Numbered from the stretch's first letter, positions 26,015-38,904 are shown. The stretch: 64,000 nucleotides of DNA from Octopus sinensis (GCF_006345805.1 NC_042998.1:192262001-192326000); one strand, 5' to 3'. The notes: generated from the sequence alone by a model not told the origin. Program-made: numbers and translations.

Positions 26015-26412
26015 CTAGCAGTATCGCCCGGCATTGCTCGGGTTTTGTAAGGGAAATTACTATATAAGCATTTTTAGAGAGTTATAGCCAAAAAATAGCA
26101 AAAAAATGCATTAAAAATGGGGAAAAAATGATGGTAATTTTTTTTAAATCGTTGACTCATCGTAGACATTTTTAGAGAGTTACTTCCCTTATATAATAGC
26201 GAAAAAAATGCATTAAAATGAAAAAAATTGATGGTAATTTTTTTTTTAAATCGTAGACTCATCGTAGACGCGCGCTAATACCCAGAAGAGCTCGATATGA
26301 ATCACGACTATAAGATACCCGGTTTTGGTTAAACTGCACCGCAAAATGTGGGAGTAGTTAGGAATCTAAATCGTAGGAGACAGACACACAACTTGACTTT
26401 TATATATAAAGA
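26015..26412 (-). mobile_element. Non-autonomous Helitron (398 bp)
   Basis: Minus strand starts TCTTTATATATAAAAG, ends CCCGAGCAATGCCGGG hairpin...CTAG; inserted between A and T. Confidence 0.88.
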
Positions 26413-27169
26413 TTTCCTTGATTTTGCATTTATGCTGCCATCACCAAAGCTACGACAGCAACTTCCCAATGAAACAAGATTTCAGCCCTGGCTTCGCATC
26501 TCTTGCATAATCTCCTAATCCACGTCGAGTGGGCATCAGCATATTTTTCCTTTCCTGAAACTAAAGTCACCAGTCAATCGCCTGTTTTATATACTCTCAA
26601 TCTGTCGATTGATAAAAATATTTTAATGAATTATATGAATTATATCAATTATGTAGTAAGGTGAACTACCATTTTAGTTTCACGTATATTTTCCTTGCTA
26701 TCAGTAAACACCAACTTATGATGTCTTGAATCGAGTTTCTATTTTCACTAGTTTCGTTAAATGTACAAAGAATTTGGCTTTAACACAAGTATGTTAACTC
26801 TGTCAATCTATAACTTCGCTACAGCTATTAGTTTAGGTAATACTTCAACCTAATACATCTATAATCCAAAAACCTAAACATATATTTTTATAACTTAGAG
26901 ACTCAGTTGAGTCGTGTTAATGATAGGGTCACAAATAGGCGACAGGATTTTCGTATACTTCATTGTTAACAAGCAATATTATGAAATAGGGAGGTAAAAA
27001 TCATTATAGTTTTGTGTGTATAACAATCCCCCATACATCTCTTTCAGTGTATAATTGATAGCTGCACACGCATAGAGGCACAGACACACAGTCAGAGACA
27101 AATACACGCACACACACGTATACTCACATACACACAAACACGTGCACACACACACACATGTATATGCAT

Positions 27170-27175
27170 ACATAT

Positions 27176-27258
<83 letters not shown>

Positions 27259-27262
27259 TATA
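27170..27262. repeat. (AT)n microsatellite
   Basis: Direct inspection. Confidence 0.95.
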
Positions 27263-27596
27263 TAACTTAAAGCGTTTTGCGACAATAATATATGTGCGAT
27301 CCAGTTCAGAGCTTAACGTGTAATGCAAATTGATGTTTTCCTGGAGGAAGGCTTTCATCTGTCAGGTGTTGATGGTTTTAAATTGTTATCGATGTTTCTA
27401 GGTAGAGGAGCTGGTCCTTAGAAGAAATAGTGCCTATTAGCGTGATCCCTCATCTTTAACCTATCCAGCAAGGGAGATCCTACCTGGTGTTTCTGGTCTG
27501 CTAGCATAGTTTTCGGGGTCACTGAGGCATACAAGCTGTCATGCCGCTCTAAGAACTGAACCTTGTAGTGGATGTATACATACATACTTAAAATAT

Positions 27597-27629
<33 letters not shown>

Positions 27630-27792
27630 ATATATATATATATACATACATACATGCATGTATATATGTATGTATGTATTTATGCATGCATGTATGTATT
27701 TATGTATCCACCACAAGGTTCAGCTCTTAGTGCGGCATACATACATACATAAATATATATATATACATATATATATATATATTATATATATA

Positions 27793-27830
<38 letters not shown>

Positions 27831-27948
27831 AATAGTAAAAAGTGAAAAAACTACAGAGGGCTTGTTTTAAAAGGTTAAAAAATATATATTTGAGTCAATA
27901 TGTCTGAAGAATATCATAAATTTTTTCTTACAATGACATAGTTTAGAT

Positions 27949-27984
27949 GAAATGACCGGTTTCGCGTTTAGCTTTTCAAATTTC
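27949..27984 (-). ncRNA. Minimal type-I hammerhead-like motif, U3:A8 core
   Basis: GAAAT-TTGAAAA-GC-TAAAC-GC-GAAA-CCGG-TC-ATTTC. Confidence 0.6.
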
Positions 27985-28023
27985 TTACATCGTTATGATG
28001 TAAGAAATTTGATGTAATGATGT

Positions 28024-28063
28024 AAGAAATTTTAAAAGCTGAACGCGAAACCGGTCATTTCTT
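28024..28063 (+). ncRNA. Mirror copy of hammerhead-like motif, G5 mutated
   Basis: AAGAAAT-TTTAAAA-GC-TGAAC-GC-GAAA-CCGG-TC-ATTTCTT. Confidence 0.5.
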
Positions 28064-28261
28064 CTAAACTATGTCATTGTAAGAAAAGAATTTATGATAT
28101 TCTTCAGACATATTGACTCAAATATATATTTTTTAACCTTTTAAAACAAGCCTTCTGTAGTTTTTTCACTTTTTACTATTTTCTATATATTCAACCACGT
28201 GCTTTCACAAACCAACTTTCTCATCTAAATATATATATATAATATATATATATTATATATA

Positions 28262-28306
<45 letters not shown>

Positions 28307-28311
28307 TATAT

Positions 28312-28525
28312 CGATTTTGCATTTGGTCTGCAAAATTCTTTATATGAATTCGTGTGTTGAAGTATATATTATAGTGTGTGTGAGAATCATTCTCCTTTAA
28401 CGTCTTATTAATTTAACACGCTCACCGGTCCGATTTCCACTCATTTATTTTGACTAGAATTTTCGTTGAGACTTGCAACCTTTTCAATAGTCATTGACTC
28501 TGTCCGTTATCGGAACTGCGTCCTT
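28312..28525 (-). mobile_element. Putative PLE pseudo-LTR repeat (family H1)
   Basis: Aligns with 63050-63245 and 63380-63556; abuts (AT)n 28228-28310; carries hammerhead-like motif. Confidence 0.65.
28451..28493 (-). ncRNA. Minimal type-I hammerhead-like motif, U3:A8 core, palindromic AATT stem III
   Basis: TGACTA-TTGAAAA-G-GTTG-CAAGTCT-CAAC-GAA-AATT-C-TAGTCA. Confidence 0.65.
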
Positions 28526-28799
28526 TTTATTTTCTGTTTGTTTTTAGTGCGCATGCGTGTGCGTCAGTGTGCGTGCGTATAAACATATGTATGTGTGTGT
28601 GTATGTATATATGTGTGTGCATGTATGTTTAAATATGCATGTATGTGTGCGTGTACGCATGTTTGTATGCTTGTATTCTGCATATCCATGTGCTTGTGTG
28701 TTCATGTTTGTGTGTGTGTCTGAATGTGTGTATGTGTTTGTGTGTTAGTGTGTGCATTCCTGTAGATATATATACTCGTCTTCTCTCATAAGCTGGTCC

Positions 28800-29230
28800 T
28801 CCTAGTGTTCATAATATGTTTCCTATCGTCTTGACTTAACAGCCCTCACCGTTTGTTTTTACTGTTTTGTTCTCACTGTCCTGTTCTTGTTACCACTTTC
28901 ACCCTCCGCAAAAAGTCCCAAATTTTATTTAATTTGTTTTGCGGGAAGGACTGTTTCAACGAAGTATCGTATCGTCATTGCCTTTGTAACGCGACGTAGA
29001 TGAAACAGGGACAAATGATGAAGAAGGGGAATATTCTTTATGTTGCATGTCTCGTTTCTCTGGGGTTTTTTTTTTCGTTGTTCGAAAAAAAGTTCGTTTT
29101 CTATATTTTTGCTTTTATGTTTTCGTTTCTCGTTGTGTTCGGCGTTTTTTTTTATGTCCTGTACCCATATATGCATATATTTATATATTATTTATATTAT
29201 ATTATATATATATATGTATAAATATATGCA
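28800..29230 (+). mobile_element. Second copy of the 4860-5335 repeat family
   Basis: Shared GTCTTG(G/A)CTTAACA.CCCTCA, CTCCGCAAAAA.TCCCAAATTT, GAAGGACTGTTTCAACGAAG, GAAGAAGGGGAATATTC. Confidence 0.8.
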
Positions 29231-29766
29231 TGATTACATGCCAATTTGTATACATATAACATTAAAAATGCCTTCTGACACACACAAAAAAAACACAAAT
29301 ATAGGTATATACAGAACATAAGGCATATATTTTCCTTACATAGTTCAATCAACCTTTGTGATTGACACTATAAACAATGTTAAACATGCTTAAAATCATT
29401 ACATTTTATCAGGCTATCAAAAGCCATAGCCTCGAGTGGGGGGCGTCGATTCACGATATCATACATCACAGCCTCCTTATATTTTCATTAGTTGTATTTT
29501 ACCAACTTCATGTTTTCCACTATCTCTCTTGCCATCTCTTCAGTAAGATGAACTATAATTTCAGTTTCCTGTTTAGTTTTAGCCATTGCTTGCTGTTCTT
29601 CCTAAATCTATTTTACGAATTATTCGTCAATGCCTCGATCTTGTTTGTAACTGGCAGGTAATTATGATCAATATATTCCATTTTGCACCTTTTTCACAAT
29701 TTGCAGAAGAGTTTTGTGGATAAAAATCTTTTTTCTAAACTTCCCTCCAAATGCCATGTTAGTTCT

Positions 29767-30150
29767 GGGGAAGCACTCCGTCGGTTACGACGACGAGGGT
29801 TCCGGTTAATCCAATCAACGGAACAGCCTGCTCGTGAAATTAACGTGTAAGTGGCTGAGCACTCCACAGACACGTGTACCCTTAACGTAGTTCTCAGGGA
29901 TATTCAGCGTGACACAGAGAGTGACAAGGCCGGCCCTTTGAAATACAGGTACAACAGATACAGGAAGTAAGAGTGAGAGAAAGTTGTGGTGAAAGAGTAC
30001 AGCAGGGATCACCACCATCCCTGCCGAAGCCTCGTGGATCTTTTAGGTGTTTTCGCTCAATAAACACTCACAACGCCCGGTCTGGGAATCGAAACCGCGA
30101 TCCTACGACTGCGAGTCCGCTGCCCTAACCACTGGGCCATTGCGCCTCCA
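29767..30150 (-). mobile_element. tRNA-derived SINE family C with 12-bp TSD
   Basis: TSD CATGTTAGTTCT at 29755-29766 and 30151-30162; A box TGGCCCAGTGGTTAG, B box GGTTTCGATTCCC. Confidence 0.93.
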
Positions 30151-30448
30151 CATGTTAGTTCTATCTATATAACAAATGAAGTGTCTTTCAACTGTGTTTC
30201 ATTTCAAACGCTATGGCGTTTTTCTCACTTTTAGCATCTAACTGCCATTATTCACAAACGGAATGGTTTGAGATTACTATTGCACGTTTTTAAGAATTTG
30301 CTTTTCTTATTGCAATATTTTTCACTTTCAAAACAGGATTTATCCCCTCATAATAAGACGTTCCTTATGCAACACATTATCAGAAGCATTTTCATACATA
30401 GCGACGTTTTAATAAAGCATTGAATGGTGTTGTAAGTGTTTTTCCTAA

Positions 30449-30843
30449 TCTTTATATATAAAAGTGAGGTTGTGTGCTATCTGTCTCCTACGATTTAGAT
30501 TCCTAACTACTCCCACATTTTGCGGTGCAGTTTAACCAAAAGCGGGTATCTTATAGTCGTGATTCATATCGAGCCCTTCTGGGTATTAGCGCGCGTCTAC
30601 GATGAGTCTACGATTTAAAAAAAAATTACCATCAATTTTTCCCATTTTTAATGCATTTTTGGCATATATAAGGGAAGTAACTCTCTAAAAATGTATCATT
30701 AAATCTCAGAACGTAAAAAGCTACAGTAACACACCCCCTTTGTGGTTAGCCATATTGAGATGGCTATTATACTTTACATCTCTAAAAATGCTTATATAGT
30801 TATTTCCCTTACAAACCCGAGCAACGTCGGGCGATACTGCTAG
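30449..30843 (+). mobile_element. Non-autonomous Helitron (395 bp), same family as 26015-26412
   Basis: A|TCTTTATATATAAAAG ... CCCGAGCAACGTCGGG ... CTAG|T. Confidence 0.88.
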
Positions 30844-33800
30844 TAGACTATAAACATTACACTCTGCTCGCAAATGTTTCTTCCTTCATGGAAAGCATTT
30901 GTACTTTTCTAGGTACCATTTTTATTGCTGTTTGATTTTTCAATACCAAACCTTGCTTGACTGGCTAATTAGATTAATTACATAGTTGTTTTAAGTCCTC
31001 TGTTCTGTTTCCTTTCTATGGTAGGGATATTTAAAATAACTCTTCTCATTCTCCTTACGTAAAACATTATTACAAACGTCTAAAGAATCTCTGCACCATA
31101 TTAATCTCCATGCTTTAGCAGTTCTACATTTCTGCTATCCATCTCTTGATTACAATTTAGTTTCCGAATTTCTGGTGTAACTCCTTCTGAATTAACTTCT
31201 GGCACTTGCTCTATATTAAAGAGAATAAATTGATGTAATTGCTTAAACACGTTACTCTATACCTCTGCTATCTAATGTTCCCCGCTGTTTTCTCTCCATC
31301 TATCAGTTAGTCCATTTGGTTCGGTTAGTATGTTGCCAAATTTATCTTGATTTATCTTCTCATTTAAGGTACCCTTAATTTTGTTAGATCTTTAAACATT
31401 TGAAATGCTTTTCTTGAATTATTTACCCCATGATTTCTCGTTGCTTCACAACTCTCGTTAATCCATGCATCTTTCGCTGCCTTAATTTTTTATTCTTTCA
31501 TTTTTCTCTTTCCTTTCCTACTGACCAATCAATATCCTTATTCTCTTTCTGTTTCAAATCATTTCCTTTCAACAAGAACTCTGCCAAATATTGTTGTTAA
31601 TATTGCTTAAGAGACTACTTTTAAATCTTGAAAATTTGTAAAATAGCCTGCCAGCCAAGTTTACGTTATTTCTGCCCAGTCCAAGTTCCAGAGATGACTA
31701 TCATGTGTATGATATAACAGAAGGATGTTCGTTACAACATCTACCTAATTGATTGTGCCTGCGGTTAGCACAAAGTATGATGTGGAATGCAATCGAACCA
31801 CACTGTTTGAGATGGTTTTTTCTATTCGAACTAATGGATTATATTTTAGCTTTCTTTGTTAGATGAATTATTTTAAACATAATTAGCAAATTGTAGAATA
31901 TTTTTTCGAGTGCAGTTACGAAATTTGTAGCTCATTAATTTGGAGATTGTTTTACAGTGTTTTATGAAGAGAGATAAAAGCGTATGAGTAGAATTTTCTT
32001 CAATTGAAAATATACTCAGCCGGAAAATCTCGGCTTCCCTAGAACTTTTCTCTACTTGACGTGGCTACCCAAAAGAGTACGTGAAGTTACTAACCCACTG
32101 TTTTCATATCAAACACTCAGCCGTCAAAGTATGCACTTACTGTTCTTTAAGAAAATGCCCTTTAATCTTAATTACAGGTCGTTTGCATTATTTAAAACTT
32201 GCACAAAGAGTTAAAGTTATTGTAACAACTGCAAGTATAACAAATATAGAAATGAACCGATTCCAATAAAATACTTGGATTTTTCCCAGGAAATTCGGCA
32301 AATACATTCAGCAAATGAAATCAATGAATGAAAAAATGCCAAACTCAGAATGAAATTATGTATAAAGTGCCAACAATTTTTCTGTACACATTTTGTTTAA
32401 CCTCATTGTTAAATTTATCTTCATTTCTCGTTTAAATTGATATAGGATCACCACTAAGAAGTTATGTTACTTTACAGTGGTTTCTAGTTTCACTTTTATA
32501 AACCGGAAATATCATATTTAACGAAAAGGTTATGCAGACAAAACCAAATGTATAACTGTCATAAAGTAAAGAGAAATTATTTATATGTTGCTTTTTGAAA
32601 ACTAGATATAACCTTATTGATACGCATATCATTGTCATTAGCAAAGCAAGCTTTATTCAGTACATCTTGATCAATAAAACTGGTTTCACATATAAAGTTA
32701 TCTTAATAAAAGAATATTTCCGAATATAAATTGGGTTAACTTTACATCAAATTGGATTCCACTGCTCCGTCATTGAACATAATATTTAACCCATTAAACA
32801 ATTCTGGAAGAACGAATGTCTCATTAAACTACAAATGTTAAATATGCAGTTGGTTGCCAACAGTTAAAGAAATGTAATTTAAAGAGCCACTATATCTTGG
32901 CTATTTACAAAACTGCTGCGTGTAGAAAAATATCTTCCAATGTTTTACATCAGAATATTAAATCGCTTCTTAAGGTTCAAATAATTCCTTATAGTCGCTG
33001 TTTTAGTAGGTAACCAAACTCTAGCACTAAATGCACCTATTACTGCATTTAAACATTAGTGGTTGATGTTCAACAAAAGGAGCCTGGCAATAGAAGAGGA
33101 AGGAAACGCACATGATTTATGTGTAGCAAGAAAAATGTTCTATACATGATTTTAACTTTGTAGGTGTGTGGTAAACAAAAGTAAAGAAATAATTGTTGTC
33201 GATCAAAAATGTTATCAAATAAGCTAGATCTCTCAGAAGATCAACAGTAATCCAAATTAAATCCGATTAGAGATTTCTCTTTTCTGCGACTTTTCACCCC
33301 GCTGCTCGTCTTTCTAACGTATTAGTTCCAGAAATTTTATTTTCCTACACTCTAACTTATAAAGATTAGCTGTATTCCCCACCAAACATCATCATCATCC
33401 TCATCATCATCATCTTTTTCTTCTGAAGACAAAGCAGAGCTTATATGATGCAAGTTACTTCATTCTAAGTAATAAAGACGTTTACATGATGTCAAGTACT
33501 GCCTTCCTGTTTATTCTTATACGCCAACCTTATAACCACTGCTAAAGCTCGCTTCCATGTCTGCGCTTTTTAACATCTTCCCTTTATCAATTTCATTTTC
33601 TTACAAACTAGATTCTGATATAAACCACAGATCCAGTTTGGGGATAAAAATAATAGCCGAGATCACAACAAAGATGAATCAATAGATTACATATCGGTCT
33701 GTCTTGATAAGGAAAATTCAATCAACACCTCTGTGCTTTAATGAGCAGCTTTCCATTATGCAATTGTGCTTCATGCAATTTAGTGAACTTCATCCCTAGT

Positions 33801-34370
33801 TCTTTAATTTTGTTTTACATTTGTTCTTGTTCACTTGATTTACACTTTTAATTTGTTAATAGTTGGCTCAAAATCGACTTTGCTTTTCTTAATTTCCTGG
33901 TGTAGGTATAATAAGCTAAACACATCCTGAAAATTTTGAAACCAGATGTCTAAGTTAGAAATTAATATCTCATCGGAATAAGTTGATATGTTCGACATCC
34001 TACCGCTCGACACAAGGGATTTAACTTACAATCACCGAAAGTAAATCCCTTTTAAATAATTCGAGCAAAAACTGTATCCATATATTGTGTTTTCACAAAG
34101 GAAAAGAATGCAGTGAAGAAATCAGCAGACAATTTGGCAACTGTCGTTTCATTATTTTAGTGCTAGATTCTTAACAATGTTCACCATCATAGAAATAACA
34201 TATAACGCAAGTGATTGAGTATAACAGAGTTCATCTCTTTGCTGTTGATGATATTTCATTGAAATATATGAGAGCAGTAAAAGTGTCCGCACTTTTATCA
34301 ACTTGTATAGCAAGAAACGTGGTATACACAAGTCGACAACACATTCAAGACAGGTACACCTACAGTTTTT

Positions 34371-34770
34371 AAGGCGGCGAGCTGGCAGAAACTTTAGGAC
34401 GCCGGGCGAAATGTTTAGCGGTTTTTCGTCTGCCGCTATGTTCTGAGTTCAAATTCCTTTCATGCTTTCGGAGTCGATAAATTAAGTACCAGTTACGTAC
34501 TGATCGATTTAATCGACTTAATCCGTTTGTCTGTCCTTGTTTGTCCCCTCTGTGTTTAGTCCCTTGTGGGTAGTAAAGAAATAGGTATTTCGTTTGCAGC
34601 TACGTTCTGAGTTGAAATTCCGCCGAGGTCGACCTTGCTTTTCATTCTTTCGGGGTCGATTAAATAAGTACCAGTTACGCACTGGGGTCGATATAATCGA
34701 CTTAATCTGTTTGTCTGTCCTTGTTTGTCCTCTCTGTGTTTAGCCCCTTGTGAGTAGTATAGAAATAGGT
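34371..34770 (+). mobile_element. SINE family A, head plus two bodies, 18-bp TSD
   Basis: TSD AGGTACACCTACAGTTTT at 34352-34369 and 34767-34784. Confidence 0.92.
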
Positions 34771-35432
34771 ACACCTACAGTTTTAATTTTAACTTAATAA
34801 GATATCGTATGTATTAGCATTGATTGAGTTTTAAAGCATGGAAACTAGCGAGAGATTCCATGGAATAGCAAACCAAATTAAAATACAATTTTATTTAGTT
34901 TCGACATGTTTTCCCATAATACCATTTACCAACAGATTGTGAGGTACAAGAATGCATAAATGGATAAAAAAGCGAAACAACAGAGGAATACTTTCAAATT
35001 TTATTGACAAAGACGTCATCGAATTTCTCAAACTACCCATCCATTTCGATATAAAAGGCATTAATAACAGTTGAATTTCTTTATGGTTCGTCAACCTGCT
35101 GGAAATAGCAGCCAAGTAGACTACAAACCAAAATCTGCTGTTTAAGAAAGAACATACTGAACATTGTATTTTTAAGTATAGAAAAATAAGGGATAGTCAC
35201 GGCTGGAAAAACCTTAATGGTAGACTTTCTCAAAGTTAATTTAGGGCTATGCATCAATAATACAACTTTATTACCAGAATCGATCTCACGAAAGATGCTG
35301 CAGTATACGGCATTCTATTTTCCTTCGATTTCTTCGTGTCGTAACTCAAAGCCTGTATGATCTACATTACAGTTACAGTGTAACTGGTGAGGAATGACGT
35401 GTTTCGAAATGCCATAGCTATATTCATTTCAC

Positions 35433-35821
35433 CGTGGAGGCGCAATGGCCCAGTGGTTAGGGCAGCGGACTCGCGGTCATAGAATCGCGGTTTCGATTCC
35501 CAGACCGGGCGTTGTGAGTGTTTATTGAGCGAAAACACCTAAAAGCTCCACGAGGCTCCGGCAGGGGATGGTGGTGATCCCTGCTGTACTCTTTCACCAC
35601 AACTTTCTCTCACTCTTACTTCCTGTTTCTGTTGTACCTGTATTTCAAAGGGCCGGTCTTGTCACTCTCTGTGTCACGCTGAATATCCCCGAGAACTACG
35701 TTAAGGGTACGCGTGTCTGTGGAGTGCTCAGCCACGTACACGTTAATTTCACGAGCAGGCTGTTCCGTTGATTCGGATCAACCGGAACCCTCATCGTCGT
35801 AACCGACGGAGTGCTTCCACC
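35433..35821 (+). mobile_element. SINE family C with 11-bp TSD
   Basis: TSD ATTCATTTCAC at 35422-35432 and 35822-35832; near-identical to the reverse complement of 29767-30150. Confidence 0.93.
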
Positions 35822-36014
35822 ATTCATTTCACTGGAAACAGATATGTCTTCTTGCCATTCAAAAGCTAAATCAATTTGGCAACAGACAGCTTCACAAAAA
35901 TAATAACTACAGCCAATTGACCTCTGACACTATAGAGGTTCTTTACTTTCTTTTCCAGTATCGATGGTTGATCTGCTATTAACACCGCCAACGAATAGTT
36001 TCTAAGTGATCATC

Positions 36015-36395
36015 TGACTGACCTGACCTGCTAGAAACGGGAAACAAATCTCCTTCAAATCAAATTCTACCATCTTAAGAGAAAAGGACACAGCCGGAAA
36101 TGCAATCCGTGTAAACTATACAAACAAAAAAATCAAGATGGTCATATCAGGAACGTCTTTGATCATAGATCTTGTTCAATCACAACAAATTCAAGTTAAG
36201 CAGAACAAGGAATTTTTATAAGTGGTCAATCTATTTGTAAAAAATAGCAGCCAAATCTCTGTCAAATTACTCCGTACAATCTTAAAAGTAATGAAATAAA
36301 TAGTCTTAGAAATATAAAGAGACAGAATGGTCACAGCTGGAACGTCTTCGGTTTTAGGCCCGCTCGATCAGGACCGACCAGATACTAAACGGTAA
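36015..36395 (+). repeat. Two tandem remnants of an old dispersed repeat
   Basis: Motifs (A)AATAGCAGCCAAATCTC and ATGGTCA...GGAACGTCTT recur; similar remnants at ~5770-5925, 14820-15000, 21990-22135 (-), 35100-35250. Confidence 0.4.
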
Positions 36396-37389
36396 TAATA
36401 TCATCAAGAGGGACCTGTATAAATTCTACAACAATGTAACGTATCTGCCTTCTTTTGATGACACATAACACCACAGAAAATAGTAGAAATGATTACTGAT
36501 AAATAGCCTAATGAAAACTCATTATTCATAAATATTACATCATACAAACGAAATCTAAAATTCGCTTTTCGATGAGTTTCACTTTATGCAAAGCTCTTCA
36601 CTCATTGACTTGTTTTCACTTCTTTTGCAATCTCTAATTTCCATTATCTAATTTATTTTTCCTATCCTATATTCTTATTTTCACAACTCTTTCTTATTTT
36701 CTCTTATTTCCTACCTCTTATTTTCTCTTGCTTTCTACCTTTCGTTTCCTAAAATCTATGGGGTCTTTCCCCCCAGAATTCTTTGCTTTCAACTTATTTA
36801 ATTGAATAAAATATTTGTAGGTCATTAAAGAATAACAGAAAAGGAAGCAACAATCAGGTCAGAGAATTGTCAGACAGACCTCAGTGGTTTGTAACAACGC
36901 CACCAATAACTCCAGTCAAATAAATAATGTTTAAAAATTCTAAAAAGGAAAGACGGAACTCGAAAATGTAATAAATAATAAAGATGATAAAATATGTGCT
37001 AAGTAACTAAGTAACAGTCAAAGTCAGAAAATTAGTAAAGAAAATGAGAAAACAAATTAAAATAGTGTAACTATGTTACTAGAAGTGTCGGTGCGACGTT
37101 GATAAAATACTTTAACATATTTCTCATTACATTTGGTGTAAAAATTTAGTAGCGTTAATGAATTGTCAGTTTAAAAACTGACAATTATTGCTATTACGAA
37201 AAGCTTTGAGTAAAGACACTGAATTCAGCGTGTCAGAAATGAGAACAAGATTTCGTATGCGTGAATGAACGTACCGATCTTTATTTGTGAACCTGTCGTA
37301 TATATTATTTGACAAAGAAAATAGCAGTTGCCAAAGGGAAAGTCGACTTAATTATGTAACATTACGCGCACAGATACTAAGTAATTCAC

Positions 37390-38830
37390 AGTGCTCTCAT
37401 TTTCCTATAGTAGCCAAATCAACATTTCTAAGCGTGTCTGTACGTAGATGATGGGCTCCATGCATCGTTAAGAGCTTTCTTGACTCCCTGTTCATCTCCT
37501 TTAACTCCTCGTCTATCCACTTCAGGATTCTAGCACCATACCGAATTCCTGCGACTGCGTGCGAGTTTATTGCCGAAATTATGTTTCTTGCATTCAGGCT
37601 CTCGCCGCTGGTACTCTTTTTTGGTCTTTCCTTCATGTTGTTGTGTTTGATTCCATCTGCCTCAAGTATTACCAGGTATTTATAGCTGGATTGAGATTGA
37701 ATTGCCTTCATCATCTCACCACTTACCAAACCTATGCCTTCTGCCCTGACAAGCTTCCCTCCTCTCGTCACCATCGTAGCCGAAACTCCGTCCTAATATC
37801 ATTGGAGAAAATCCGCACAGACTGTGCGAGGCTGTCCAGTTTTGCCTTACTTTTTGTGAGCAACTTCAAAAATCGTCCATGAATAGCAAGTAGTTCAGTT
37901 TTCGTTTACCTCTTCCCAGGTCATACCCCAACTTTGTTTTCTGTAGTATTTCCCTCAAGGGGATCACTCCCAGCACAAAGATCAGTGGGGACACACTGAT
38001 CCCCTGGAATATTCATCTCCTGATTTTCATCTCTCCTAATACTTGACTCCCTGCTGCCAATTCCGTTCTCCACTATTTCATACTGTTCCATATAAGGCTT
38101 CTCATGTTTTCTGCTACTCCATACATTTCCATTATTCTTATTATCCAGGAATGTGGTATCATATCGTATGCTTTTGGATAGACAACCCATGCTATGCTCA
38201 GGTTTGTGAGTCTTCTCTTGCAGTTTGTGATAATTAGATTATCGATTAAGAGCTGATCCTTCGTTCCCCGGCTCCTCTTTCAGCTCCCTTTCTGTTTAAT
38301 AGATAGCAGCCCACTTTTTTCTAAGCATTTATACAGTTCACCGGCCAAAGCACCTGACATTAGTTTCCACATTAGTGGAAGACACGTTATTGGACGAAAG
38401 TTGGATACAACATTTACCTTTTCAGGATCCATGGTACATGACAATGTCTTCTCCTTTGTCATTCAGCTGGGTACTGCGCCTTCCTGCAAGCCCTCATCTA
38501 GCTGTTTCGCTATCCTTCCACGGATCCCTCTCAGATTCTTCCTCCAATAACTTTGGACCTCAGCCAGTCCTGGACTCTTACAATTTGGGAATTTTCTTAA
38601 CTGCTTTCTTATAATTTGTTATAATTTTTGTGCCTTCTTGGCCTTCTATATTTCTCCAACCCATCTTGGATTTCATGCAGCCACTCCGCTTCATTATTAT
38701 GCTCTACATGTTGGTTCCAGATCCCTCTCCAAAATGACCTGCTTTCCTCTATATCTACGCGTAATAGCCCATCTAGTTCCCGAAACAGTTTCTTCTGATT
38801 TGCTTCAAACAATCTATTTTGCCTGAATAG
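37390..38830 (-). mobile_element. Degenerate REL-type (R4/Dong-like) LINE, RT region
   Basis: Broken frames: [81 protein letters not shown]. Confidence 0.85.
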
Positions 38831-38869
38831 TTTTATTCTATTGTCATATCTTTACAGTTTAATTATTTT

Positions 38870-38904
38870 CTATTATTATTATTATGATTATTATTATTAT
38901 TATA

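Larger units (their letters stand above)
27822..28190. repeat. Near-perfect long palindrome (arms ~170 bp, ~27-bp spacer)
   Basis: 27822-27991 is the reverse complement of 28019-28190 with about five differences. Confidence 0.95.

Noticed and set aside
29815-35771. Near-identical 67-aa ORF twice (29815-30018, 35568-35771)
   Set aside because: Lies inside two copies of SINE family C bounded by TSDs; not a gene
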